Part shown: piece by piece, positions 1 through 12,300 of the stretch
How positions within the stretch are numbered: the stretch's first letter is position 1
Layout: each line of letters starts with the position of its first letter
DNA from: Takakia lepidozioides
Taxonomy: Eukaryota > Plantae > Bryophyta
NCBI GenBank assembly: GCA_030704615.1
Contig: CM060733.1
Span: forward strand, 16,988,001 to 17,052,000
Direction of reading: 5' to 3'
Length of the DNA: 64,000 nt
The notes under the pieces: model-generated
Databases searched by the model: none
What the model saw: the letters and a program-made list of their open reading frames with translations, nothing else
Told to the model about the DNA's origin: nothing
Position numbers and translations under genes: made by a program

Positions 1-1300
1 GTGGAGGTGCAGGGAATTGCAGATGACTGGTTAGATTGGCAGTGGCCAATCAGATACTACCTTGCTCATGGTCAGTGCCCACCTAGTTATGGTAAGGAGC
101 AGAGGAAGAGAATCGCTATCAAAGCTTTACCTTATACTATGGTAGGAAGCAGAATGTATAAGCTAGGACCTGATGGAGTACTAAAACGATGCTTGTACCA
201 CCATGAAGTAAATAAAGTTTTGGAGGAAGTTCATAAAGGAGTGGTTGGAGGTCATTTTGGAGAAAAGACTACCAGTAGGAAGATACTACTCGCAGGTTAC
301 TGGTGGCCTACTTTGTTCAAAGATGTACACGAGTATTGTCAGAGTTGTGATGAATGTCAGAGGCTAGGACCTTTGCAGAGATCTGGAAGGATGGCCTTGC
401 ATCCTACAATGCCTACGGAACCATTTCAGAAATGGGGACTAGACTTTGTTGGACCGATTAACCCACCAGCCAAGAATACACGGAACAGATACATAATTAC
501 AGCCACTGATTATACTACGAAGTGGGTGGAAGCTAAAGCTTTGAGGGACAACTCAGCCAAGTCCACAGCAAGGTTCCTGTATGAGAACATACTTACACGA
601 TTTGGCTGTCCCTTAGCATTTATCAGTGATCAGGGAAGTCACTTCATGAATGAGACCATTGAGTTGTTGACTAAAGAGTTCATGATTGTACATAGAAAGA
701 GTACAACATATTACCCACAGGGTAATGGGCAGGCAGAGGCTACCAACAAAATACTATGCACTATCTTGGCTAAGATAGTCAATGCAAACAGAACGGATTA
801 GGATACAAAGCTGCTGACAGCTTTGTGGTCATACAAGACTTCATATAAAGTCACCACTAAGTATACACCATTCCAATTAGTTTATGGTATGGAAGCCTTA
901 CTTCCAGTGGAATTCCTGTTACCTACCATGAGAACGGAGTGGGAAAGAGAATGGAATTGCAAGATTCCATTAAGGTCAGGAAACATGAATTATACCATGT
1001 GGAAGAAGTACGTGATGATGCAGCTGATAATATGACCAGAATTCAGATGAAGAGAAAGGAACAGTTTGATGAAGGCAAGTTAAAGACTTTTAAGACGGGG
1101 GATTTGGTTCTATGGTTGCAGAAGAAAGGAAAGATTAAAGCTTTTAAGCTTAAATCACCATGGAAATGACCTTATGTCATACAAAAGATGTATGATAACA
1201 ACACCGCCATATTACAAACCATTAACAAAGAAATGATGGGAAGAGTCAATGCCAATAAGTTAAAGGGATACAGTGGTATCCATGACAAACCATTGCAGCA
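1..1300 (+). mobile_element. Ty3/gypsy LTR retrotransposon pol 3' end (integrase), degenerate
   Basis: ORF 1-801 has the HHCC zinc finger (H..GGH...CQSCDEC), WGLDFVGP, ISDQGSHF and YPQGNGQAE (D,D35E core). Premature TAG at 799-801. Integrase-like reading (YKTSYK..TPFQLVYG, FKTGDLVL) continues in other frames to about 1270. Confidence 0.93.
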
Positions 1301-1416
1301 TGATTTGCATGTTGAAACGCAAGAGCAGTCACGGGCTGCACCAGTGTTACCAACGGAGTATGGAGCACTTGTCGCTAGGCCAAGCATATATGACCAGGGC
1401 GGGCGGACAAGGCGAA

Positions 1417-1570
1417 ACACAGCCTGTCACAGCCCATCAAGGTGAAACACAGCCCATCACAGCCCAGCACGGCGCAACACAGCCTATCACAACCTACCAC
1501 CGCGTGTCACAGCCTATCACAGCTTACCACAGTGCATCACAGCCTGTCACAGCTCAACACAGCCTACTAG
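1417..1570 (+). repeat. Tandem ~21-bp CACAGCC(T/C)(A/G)TCACAGC repeat array
   Basis: Repeated acagcctgtcacagc / acagcccatcacagc units; reverse complement of the GGCTGTGAC array at 4890-5190. Confidence 0.8.
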
Positions 1571-2273
1571 GGTTACACGATCCATAGAATCAGTGACAGG
1601 TGGACGCACAATAACTTCAGGAAAATGGCTGACAGAAGAAAAGACGGAAACCAGTTTAAAAATAGACACGTGGAAGTCAGGGCGCGACACACAGCTGAGA
1701 AGGAAGTGCAAGAACAGGTGTCATCAAGAAAGAGGACAAGAATGGCCGTCAAAATACCTAATGAGCGTGTCAAATTGGATGAAAGGCGGGCCCATTAATG
1801 AATACGGAAAAAGGGGAACGGAACAAACGGCAAGTACAGAAAAGCGAAGATCTTGTCACATGTGTGATCCTAGTGGACTATCCAGCAGGGAAAGTCCACT
1901 AAAGAAAATGAAATCTAAAATCCAGTCACAGCGGTTACAGCCAATAGAAAGCCAGAGAAAGGATCAAGAGATTGGAGGGAAATTAAGCGCAAGAGGCGCC
2001 GTCGTTCTGAGTAACGGGCGTCTCGCCAGGACAAACCATCAATGCTATAGCTTGGAAACTATGGAGGAACTAACAGACTATACGCTCGCAATATTACTTA
2101 CGCAGTGGCATAGACACGAAAGAACAGAGCGGAGCTTTTCTCTTGATCGATGCTTGCAAGCTCCACAGGCTTACAAGAAATTACCCATAGCTTTTTGTGG
2201 CAACCATACGTTTATGCTTTGTGCACTACAGGCATTTTTGCAGTTGTTACAGCCAAAACATTTATGTGGGTCT

Positions 2274-4908
2274 AAAATGAAGAGAGTGAGAGGAATGGAG
2301 GAAATCAGGGTGAAGAGCACCACAATTCTGCAGAAACAAACGATTGCTACCCCACAGGCGATACAGATACTGAAGGAGTTGAGATTGCAAGGATTGCAAA
2401 GCATAGATTGGACATTACACCATAGACAGTACATGTTACAATTTTGCAGAACTTTGAGCCAAGGACAGGAACAACAACGGTGAAGGGAGTTGAATTAGTA
2501 ATTACTCCCCTATACCTCCAGCAATTGTTTCGATTGCCAGCAGGTCAGGTGCATGTGGAGGAGCACAGGGCAAGACTGCAAATAGGGGACTTATTCCAAG
2601 AAGGGAGTTTCTTTAAAACTCAGGGTTATGCTTGTACCAAGGCCGTGTACCCAGGGCTAAAGGAGGTAGGCCAGGTATTGAACGTTCTGATTGCCATGAA
2701 ACAGAACCAATAGTATTTGAGCAGATCTTTCACGAAGGAAATACTCAAAGCCCTGAAAGGACAAGAGGTAGAATGGGCGGACATAATGTACAACGCACTG
2801 GTAGAGGAGATGAAAAGATTACAAGGTACTACCGCAAAGTCTCCTATCATAGTGTCTGGCCCAATCATTGCTCAAATAATTCTTGATTCTGGCATACTTG
2901 ATGCGCAAGAAAGAAAGGAGATGGGAGTGTTTGAGCCAGAAACCACTGCAATGGAAGAGCAAGGCTCTTCACACAGTGAGGGTGGACTAGCAGGGCAACC
3001 CGAGACTAAGAGGCAGAGACGGGGAAAGACTGTAGTGGCGGATCCACTGGCTTCACGGATTCCGCATGATAATGTTTCCCAAGCTCATGTGAAGGGGCAC
3101 AGCAGCACAAAGAACTGCTATTACTGGAAGCAGGACCTTCAGAGAGGGAGGAGGAAGTTACTTCAGTATCACAACCATCACAGCCAGCTGATCGGCTTGT
3201 CACAAGGTTACAAGTTGTCCATGCAGCTCAACCAGAAATAATTGATTTGGAAAAGAAGGGTTAGATATTCCAACTACAGAACAGATAGTGGCAGAAATTG
3301 AGAAGGGGGACCTTCTCTATGAATATTCTGGTCTGGTCAAGGAGACAGAGATTCCAGAGGTGCAGCAGTTGCCCAAGGGAAATCCTGAGGTGCATATAAT
3401 ACACACACCTGTGTCGGAGGTACCACAGGCAGAAGGTCATGACACTGCAGCACCGGTGATAGATGAAATGGTTCAGGAAGAAAATCCGGTGGGACAATGG
3501 CCTGAGTGGTTCGTGAGACATCACACTGTTGAGGATCAGGAGGAACAGCAGCAACCTCACCATGATGACCCTCAACAGGCAATGCTGATGAGTTCCATAG
3601 GCAGGACACTTAATTTGTTGGGGACTTATGTCAAATCCCATGTTCCAACTACCCAATTGACAGCCTTGAGAGAGGAACTCAAGAAGGAGTTTGAGGCTCG
3701 ACTAGCCACTGAGTGTGCAAACAAGGTCGATGAGGAGGTCACTCTCAAGATGCAGCAAGACTTGGAGAATACAGAAGCGGATTTGCAATTGGCCAATGAA
3801 CAATTGATTGAGGCAGGCCTCGCGCAAGACCAGTTGCACGAAGCACATAAGCAACAGCTATACCAAATGCAGGTACAGCATGAAAGCAAGTTGCAAGAAG
3901 TGAATGCACTACATATGGAGTTGCAGACAGTGCATGACAGGATGGCCATACAATGTGCTACACTCACAACTATGCTTGACCAAACTACAAAAGAAATAAA
4001 CAGTCAAGCAGAAAAAAGTATGAAGGCAGAAGCAGAGAATGTTGAGCAAATGAAACTCATTGTCGACATGAAGAATACAATCTGTCGCAATGATGATACT
4101 TTCAAGCAATACAGGCAGATTGAAGCTGATCAAGAGAAGCACATCGTGGAGTTGCAACAAACGATCATGGCCAATAGAAATGAAATCGCGGTCAATAACA
4201 AGGCTTGGAAGGAAGCCAATAATCTACTTGCTGCCTACGCAAATTTGGTTGAACCTCATGCGAAGCACATGGAGGTTTTACAAGCGCGCTTTCTGAGTTA
4301 TTCCAGTGGGGATCATTGGGTCTTACCTTCAGTGCCACCTCATATGTACCTATATGAGGCAAAAATTATGATGCAAAGGATTCTCAATTCGTTCATGGTT
4401 TCAAGCGGCCTGGAACAATTTGTCAACACAGAAATTCGGCATTGATGATATTTTCTATAAGGGACATGTGGCATGGAAATACTTGCACGCTGCACAAGTA
4501 ATTGGTACCCCACTCACATGGACAGACAAGGAGCTCAGTGTCTACACCAATTTTGCTGTTCAGCGGTTACAACAAGTTGTAAAATATAAACTTCCAGACA
4601 TGGTAGGACAACATTGTATGCCCCAGAGGATTCCACAAAAAGTTCAAAAATTAAAACACCTGAGAGGCGATGAGGATTCTGATACAACTGTTTCTTCAAC
4701 GGATTCTTTTGACATGGGAGAAGACTATGCAATTCAGATGGCAGAGAAGAAGCGACGGGGGTTTCCTATGCCTGAAAGGTTACCTCGATATCAGCCTCCA
4801 GAGGGCCTCACTTATCCAGGAAGTGTTCTTTGCAGGTGTTGTTCCCCACAGTCGTTCCCTGTCCTGCTCTCCGTTCCCTATGATCGTGACAGCTGTGTCA
4901 AGCTGTGA
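2274..4908 (+). pseudogene. Retrotransposon-associated accessory ORF (plant transposon protein-like N-terminus plus long coiled coil), interrupted
   Basis: Consecutive + frames 2444-2713, 2717-3241, 3288-4445 and 4420-4908, broken by stops and frameshifts. The segment 'NFEPRTGTTTVKGVELVITP..LQQLFRLP...VEWADIMY' resembles gypsy extra-ORF proteins. 3288-4445 is a Q/E/L-rich heptad coiled coil. Confidence 0.5.
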
Positions 4909-5190
4909 CTGGCTGTGTGAAACTGTGACGGGCTGTGACTGGCTGTGCGACTGTGTTTGGCTGTGTCGGGCTGTGACTGGCTGTGTGGTTGTGTCGGCTG
5001 TGACGGGCTGTGTTGGCTGTGATGGCTGTGTCGGCTGTGACGGGCTGTGTTGGCTGTTTGGCTATGTCGGGCTGTGATGAGCTGTGCTGACTGTGTCTGG
5101 CTGTGTCGGCTGTGACGACTGTGATGGGCTGTGTTGGCTGTGTCGGCTGTGACGACTGTGACGGGCTGTGTTGGACTGTGACGGACTGTG
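4890..5190 (+). repeat. GGCTGTGAC/GGCTGTGTC 9-10-bp tandem array
   Basis: About 30 imperfect units visible directly. Confidence 0.9.
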
Positions 5191-5352
5191 TAACCCCCCT
5201 CTACAGTGCGCTGCTGTCACCCCTAAGGCTCCTGTTGGTCTCAGTCTGTGCAAAAATTAAGGGTACCCTACAGATCCCGTATAAGTGTCTGAGTCCCAGA
5301 CAGTCCTCTAACATTACCCCTTCCCCTCTCAAAAAGCCGTGTCCTCACGGTT
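5189..5352 (-). mobile_element. Minus-strand polypurine tract and LTR-like start
   Basis: Minus strand reads GTGAGGACACGGCTTTTTGAGAGGGGAAGGGG-TAA-TGTTA, a typical gypsy PPT/LTR junction. The TGTTA...TTACA-bounded segment spans 5313-5189. Confidence 0.45.
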
Positions 5353-6239
5353 TACTGATTGCGATTAGCAAACCTTTGTGAGTGAGCACCTTTCTGACGT
5401 TGAGAGTTTCGTGGTGGACTGTGTGTACGAGCCCGAGGTCTGTCACTGGTTGACGGAGAACATGTTAGTTCACGGACGACGATTAGTGAGGGAAACGGTT
5501 AGAGCCACGGGTAGGAAGATAAAGGGAGAAGCAAGGACTGAGAGAGGGGGATTCTTGGAAGCACTTCACGGGGGGATGACTTCTTGGGGGTCATGCATGA
5601 GAGGAGATCGGGCGGAGAGAAGAATGGAAGCAAAGATGGAGAGCACGACAAAGATGGAGAGATGATTAGTAGATGCTTGTTATATGCAAAGCTGTAGTGA
5701 TATTGTAGAGCAGATTATAGACACAATGGCTTTGGCCTGATACCTGATAAATCATAATCTGATACTTATACGATACAATCACACTGTGTAGAGAGATCTG
5801 AGTGAAGCTGTGGAATGAATGGATGAGTTGATGGAAACCGATAGATTGATGAAGCAAACTGATACTTAATTATCAATGATAAGGTAGCTAAGATGAATGC
5901 GGAAAGGGAAACAAATAGGAAACACCCCCATGATACACTAGCTGTAGGTCATGACTGATTGTTTTGCGCGGGCTGAGTACTTAGAGATTTCCAACTCTTC
6001 TATCTTGGAGTTTCCGCCTCGGATAGTGAAGGGATGGGTGAGTAAAAGCCGCGCGACAGAGCGCGTGAGCGCAATTGCGCTCACACCACGTCACCTTGCG
6101 CAAATGCCACGTCACGGGGCTCACTCCACGTCATCACACGTGAAGGCCGCGTCACCACGCGCCCAGAAAGAAGTGGAGTGTATTCCCGCGGATTGGCACC
6201 ATTTACCGCGGAAACAAACTGGACGACATAATAAAAGGC

Positions 6240-6600
6240 ATTGAATAAAGGATGGATGAATGTACAGTTGGATGATAAACAGATGGATGAGTGTGAAAAA
6301 TGAATGTAGATGGATGACTGAGGGATGGATAAGAGTAAAATGGATGAATGTATAATGGATGTTGAGCATTGACAAAAATTCATGACAGGAAGATGCATGA
6401 CCAAAACTTTTGACGAATGCACAACGTATATGAAATGAGTGTGGAAGGTTTGTGGGGTGGATTAAAGAGTACATAGGATGAATGTACAATGGATGTTGAA
6501 CAAAAGAAAAAATTCATGAATGAAGCACGCATGAATACACTGCAGATGAAAGCACAATGGATATGAGAAGAGTCAGGGAGGTTTGTGAGATGGATTCATA
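6240..6600 (+). repeat. Low-complexity GGATGAATG-rich degenerate repeats
   Basis: Repeated ggatgaatgta(c/t)aatggatgttga units. Confidence 0.6.
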
Positions 6601-7055
6601 CATATTGCAATTTAAATGAAAGTTGATTCTGTGATTATTATTTGTTCTAAAGGAACAGCTACGGTGGAGGAAGGGGATTCAACGTTTTCCAGATAGTATG
6701 AAAATGAATATTAAAAGAATACAGTTCAGTCTGACTCAGAGTCAGTACAATGTATCCCCGCTTCCACTGCATCTAAGTCTAAGTATTTTAGAACACCGGA
6801 TCCACGCTGGATACACCTACGGCTGGCCACTAAAAAGTCAGGGGATAGGGACTCGGCCGCGTGAAGTGCCATTGCTTCGGCATAAACAGGAAGCAGAAAA
6901 TTGGAAAGGGGGCTGTCGAAAACAGACTCGCCAGAAATGACTGTATCTCCTGAAGATCCACCGCTGCCTTTCCTGAAAGACAGCCTGAAAAAGTTATTAC
7001 TGTAACTTTGATGTTGTTGAGAAATTGAGTATGGCTCCCAAAGAGGGTTTAGCAC

Positions 7056-10000
7056 TTACTCACATGAAAAGTCGTTGTCGACCTGCTTATCTTCAGGATC
7101 GTCATCATTTCGAATTTGAATCCGATCAGTCTGTGTGCCTGAAGTGGAGCCAAACAAAAGGGGGAGGAGCACTGTGTTATAGAGGTCAGAATCACCCTCC
7201 ATGCCAAAAAGGCTTCTTCCGCTTGCCTTGTATGCATGGTAAGTTGCTCCTGCACCAGACAGGAGAACATGAACAGTTTGGTGGGGGGGATTTAAGCAGA
7301 TAAAACTGTTGAAAGAAAACCAATTCGGAAGGGAAAGAACGAACTGTGGACACAGAAAGATCGACCACCCGTGCAGAACGGTGGCTGCATGACTCCAGCA
7401 GTATTTGCATGAAGGCTGGGGACTTTTCCTTTGCACCTCTCCAGGGAGTGCCATCTGGTCTCTTCAGAGTCTGACTGGACTGCATGAAGTTGTACAAAAT
7501 GTCATCGACATGGGGCTCATAGGGGGGGTTGACGAAACAACCCTGGTCAGAAATCTCAAAGCTGCGGATGGAGGATGGTGTCTTTGAGGTGCGAATCCTC
7601 CGCAGGCAAATCGCCTCGAACATCCTCGTTTGCCAAAGATAGCAGGTTAGTGTGGTAAACACAATCTTTAGTGGAAGTGTGTACATCGGCTATTCAGAAC
7701 TCAGACACAAAAAAATCATGAATCGGTGATGATCGGTGTCGATCATAACACATTCTACTAGAGTAGAGCTGCAGAGAACATTGAATCTCATCATGAAAGC
7801 ACAAGCAGAAGGGAGACGGCATACCAGCTGACCAGGGAAACCCCCTTTCACAAGGTAGAGGCTGTTCACACAATTCCATGTGCGCAAAACTTCAAACCCT
7901 GAAGACTTGAGGTATGATGCCAATGCCCGACGACTATCATTGTCACATGACTGAAAAAGCAGAAGTGTCCCTGCATCAGACAGGAAGTTGTTACAGAACC
8001 CGAACACCCAACTCCAGTAGTTGTCCTCAAATTTGTTCCAGCCTGGCGTCTTGCCCTTTGGAAGAACTTTTGGCACAGCCTGGCCATCCGGGATGTCGAG
8101 AATGACAATGTCGGCCGCATAAGTTTTCTGCACACCGCACACGAAGGTGGGACCTGTGCTCACCTACAACAGACATGTTTTTTATAAGAACGATGGCAAG
8201 AATGTTTTCAAAGAACGAGACTGAAATACTGCCAACGAAACTTTCAGAGAAAAATGAAAGAAATTGGAATTCTCACCAGATTGAGGAATGAGATTATATT
8301 GTCGCAGGTAGGGGATGGCACCCCAGTGTATCCTCTCTTTCGACTCTGCATCATCGATAGCCAACCCTCATTAACAATTTTCATCTCTCCTGCCGAATCA
8401 GAACGGAAGGGTGTGGCTTGGCATCGAACACGCACTGAACAGTGCAGGTATATCTTCCAGCAGTAAAGTCCTGCCCACTCTCCATCTCCTTTTCTTTCTC
8501 CTTCCCCTTGTCCTTTTCCTTCTCTTTGGACTTGACTTTGTCCTTTGGCTTTGCTGGTGAGATGGCTATGACATCAACAGCCTTGTCTTTTGGTTTGCGG
8601 ACCGCCTTCTTTCCCTTCTGCGGCGTTCCCTGAGCATCAGGCTCCTTGGCAGCCAATGTTGCTATGTTTTGTTGGTACTCTTCGTCAGTAAAAGGCGCCA
8701 GCATCTCAGCGTTATTGTTCAAGTATTTCATATGCTGTTCTTGAAAGGTCGTGTGCTCCGGTGGGCAGTCAAGGTACCACCCACAGTCTCTGAAGTGAGA
8801 AGGACTCCAGTCCTTCAATATCCCTGCAGTATACATGGTTGGATTGTTTGCAGGGTCCGACCACATGTCAAGATAGTCTGGAATTCCGCTCAGGTGATTT
8901 CCTTCCATAAGCACATATTTCGTGTACCTGAAAAAATGAGATAAATCCCAACCCACAAAAGCGCTCAGTGAGTAAGATGCAAGTAGAACAGAAATGAAAT
9001 AATAATTGGGCGATACATAGTCGATCTGCTATGTTGTTCCTCCAGATCAGAGGGGCCACCCAAACGTTCCCTGATACGAAATGTTGCCGGCACTAGAAAA
9101 GACATGTCGTTACTGGATACCTAATAATATCTAATGGTATATTATCCAAATACCCGTCCCTGTTCTCTCTTCTTCGGAGTCTAGCTTCGCCCCTTGGTAA
9201 CTTTGGGAGGACCAAAAAGAGAAAGGATAAGTGAAAAAAAAGTGAAGGGGATGGAGGGGGGAAGAGCTCCGCTCGTATGGCGAAGCCTTACTAAGGGCGT
9301 AGCCGGAGGGCTGAGTGAAAAAAACATAGATTGAAATGGCTCTGAGAACTTCTTCAAGGACCTTTCAGGACCACACGACTGCTCCAGATGTGAATGTCGT
9401 CAACGCCATTCAAAACATTCAATTCAATGATACTGTAAATACACCCTAATCCAGGTGAATGCAAACTATATATCGTTTTGGAATGACACAGACATAGAAG
9501 TGAATGTCATCAACGACATTCACTAATCAAGCCTAATTATTCCTCAAATGAAGCAAAATCACAGGATGGAAATCATAAACTCGAGAAAGAAACCCTCCAG
9601 GAAAACTCAATGCACATTCATAACGAACATATCACTGAGGACCTCACAACAACACTGTATGTGAATGGCGTCAACGCCATTCACAAAAATACCAAAAAGA
9701 AACCAATTACTTAGCTCCCAATCCATGTAAATTCAAATTGTCGCTGTTGAATAATACAAACACAGAAGTGAATGTCGTCAACGACATTCACTTTGGATTT
9801 CTCATAACAGAGCTTATCAAGCCTCCAGATTCCTCGCAAGAGGCAAAAACAATGCAGAACAACTGAATGTCTGCATTGACATTCAGCAAAATGAAGTGAG
9901 GAACCCTCACTGTAACCTCTATGGACATTACAAAAATTTACATAACTCTGAGGACCTCTCAACAACTCCGGATGTGAATGTCGTCAACGCCATTCAAGGA

Positions 10001-10730
10001 CATTATCAATTCTAATCAGGGACACTATAATTACACCCTTAGATCCTAACCAGGTGAATTCATATACTCGCTTAAGAATGACTCAGACAAAGAAGTGAAT
10101 GTCGTCAACGACATTCAATCTGGATCTATGATTGCAATCCTTATGAAGCCACATTTTTTCCCAAAAAAAGTAGTAGAGTTTCAAGTATGACATTGCACCT
10201 GTACACAACTCGCATCATGGCCCACTCTCCTCCAACCTGACTGTCAAAGTCGTTGGACCGTAAAATGTTACCATCTTTGGAGAACTCCCGGAAAAAACAG
10301 TATCTCCAGGTGAGACCTCTCCACTTCATTATGTATGCCTCCAATGACATTTGGGGAGGGGAAACAATCGAAATGTTCAGGTCCTTCAAAGTCTGATCCA
10401 GCACAATGACGGCGCGCTTTTCGAGCTGCAAATAGTATATTTGTCAGAATTGCAAATAAGATACTCATCACATACTTGAAGAGAAGAAAACAGCATGTTT
10501 GAATACACACCTGACTCCAAAATGTAGCCTTGTGAATCTAGTTATCAAACACCAAATCACTGATTCCTTCCACCTTTGTGCCAGGCTGTATGGTGCTCTT
10601 TGGGAACTGATTCAAGTCCTTTACTGTTTGATCTGAGTTCCATATCTCCAGCCACCTTATTTTTGTTTGTGGGTCGACCATCGATATGGCCAGCCGGTGC
10701 AATTTCTCCTGCTGCATCTCCAAACTGTCC
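7056..10730 (-). pseudogene. Spliced gene 3' half ending in a beta-class N6-adenine/N4-cytosine DNA methyltransferase domain (N6_N4_Mtase-like)
   Basis: Exon 8163-7825 (AG/GT bounded): ADIVILDIPD (motif IV position) ...PGWN...FLSDAGTLLLF. Exon ~7630-7345: PWRGAKEKSPAFMQILLESCSHRSARVVDLSVST. Exon from 7249: GATYHAYKASGRSLFGMEGDSDLY. This matches the KP..L...LI..S.....V.D...G.G.T..A....GR...G.E.D..Y pattern with catalytic motif before SAM motif. Upstream exon-like frames at 10723-10538, 10431-10141, 8927-8450 and 8390-8275. Some splice sites look decayed. Confidence 0.75.
9390..10118. repeat. Array of six 24-bp palindromes GTGAATG(T/G)CGT-CA-ACG(A/C)CATTCAC within a ~3x 270-310-bp higher-order repeat
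   Basis: Copies start at 9390, 9500, 9661, 9768, 9974 and 10095. Copies at 9661 and 9768 have perfect 11-bp arms. Confidence 0.9.
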
Positions 10731-11459
10731 TCCTGAAAACAAGCTTGTCATCATTCTGAATATTGGATGTTTTTGTTCTGCACCACGGGTGCCCGTCGTG
10801 TTTCTTGTCCATTCCATGCATCATGATTGTTACATCTCCAACTCGCGGAGGAGGAGGCAGCTCAAATAGGATATCGCCATCAAAAGTCTCCGGGAAGAAC
10901 TTCACAGGCGCCTGCTTCAAAGATTCCCAATCAATTCCCCGCAACTCACTTTTGAATCCAGCCATTCCTCCCATCGCCCGCAATTTTGGAATGACACTAC
11001 AAATCTCTTCATCATCAGCTTCTCCAACCACAGTAGGAAGGACTGGATTTGAAATATGTCATCATCGGAAGAATCCGAAAGCTCAACGATTGGAGTGGAG
11101 GACGTCTGTTCTTTTTTCACCACCACCTCCCTCTTGTCTTCAACGACCGAAGCAGCAGTCCCGGGTGTCACATATGACCCAAGGGACTTTCGCCGAGGCT
11201 CCCCAAGTACTCTGTATCGACCATGACGCACTCTCCACTGGCTGATATGAGCCGTCTCATCACGGTTTTGGAAAGAGTATTTCAACAACTTCCCTTTAAG
11301 ATCGTACACCTCTTTCTCCAAAAAGATGGAGCCATTCTGCAGCTGAAAACGGGTAGCCAAGACATGTTCCAGAACAATTGCAAATCCATTGTCAAGGACT
11401 TCCTGGGAGAACGGCACTGGTTTGTCGTCAGAGAAGAACTCCGCTTCAGAGGAAGCCAT
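10730..11459 (-). pseudogene. 5' part of the MULE-family transposase gene (N-terminal region), frameshifted and truncated
   Basis: ATG at 11459 (MASSEAEFF...), frameshift near 11035, then FPETFDGDILFELPP...GMDKKHDGHPWCRTKTSNIQNDDKLVFRR. I recognise this from memory as the N-terminal block of this plant transposase family; it stops abruptly near 10730. Confidence 0.6.
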
Positions 11460-12300
11460 CTTCCTTCCTCGCGTACGTTTGTACCTTGCTATCGCAGATC
11501 TAGTGTAAATCGGTTTACTGATGTCTCCAAAACACAGTTGAAGAATGAGCAGAGAATATGGCGGAGGAAGCTCAGACAACGACTGTGCATATTATGTTAT
11601 TCTTTCCAGATAATTACTTTTCTTGTGGGCCCAGTGGTCAGAGTATCCCTAGGAGCAGTGTCGGCAGCTGTTAAACCGTTAACCAGAACCTCATCAATAA
11701 ACCCAATAACAAAGCCGACTTCCTGGAAGCATGCCACAGGATCTGAGGATGGAATTGCAGATTAAGTAAATGTATCTTTATACTACTACCAATGATCATG
11801 CGCACCTGGAAAGTTCCAAATGTGAAACGAATGTGGGGTTTGGCTAACAAGGATGACCGTGTATGATATTCCAAGATTTGTCATCAAACTCTCGTTCATT
11901 TACATTTATTTGTGTAAGACTGTGCGCCAAGATTTCTGGGATTCGTTGTTATTTTTAAATATTGAAACCGTTCTAATAAAGAACACGCCTTTTTTTTTGG
12001 GCGACACACGTCAGACATCCATAACTAAATACAAACAGTTGTACACCAATTGTTGGCATGTGCACTAATAAGAGAACGACTATGTGTAACGGTCACGCGA
12101 GAAGGAATCCGATGCTTCTAGAGACACGCAAGAACGCAGGCAATCCTGCAAGAAATCGGGAGTCACTGCGTTTTTCTACTTTTCGCGCTTAGAGAGAGAG
12201 AGTGGTAGTCAAGCTGGAGAGGGTTCCTTCTACAATACGAAAGAGAAGAAAGTCTCTTTATTTTACTTCCCTTAGAGAGAGACGCAGAGCAAGAGAGCAA

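Noticed and set aside
1593-2483. 296-aa ORF as a real gene
   Set aside because: No recognisable domain over most of its length; only the 3' end may belong to the accessory ORF.
9390-10118. CRISPR array
   Set aside because: The repeats are palindromic, but spacers are 83-182 bp, uneven and related to each other (higher-order tandem repeat). There are no cas genes and the context is eukaryotic.
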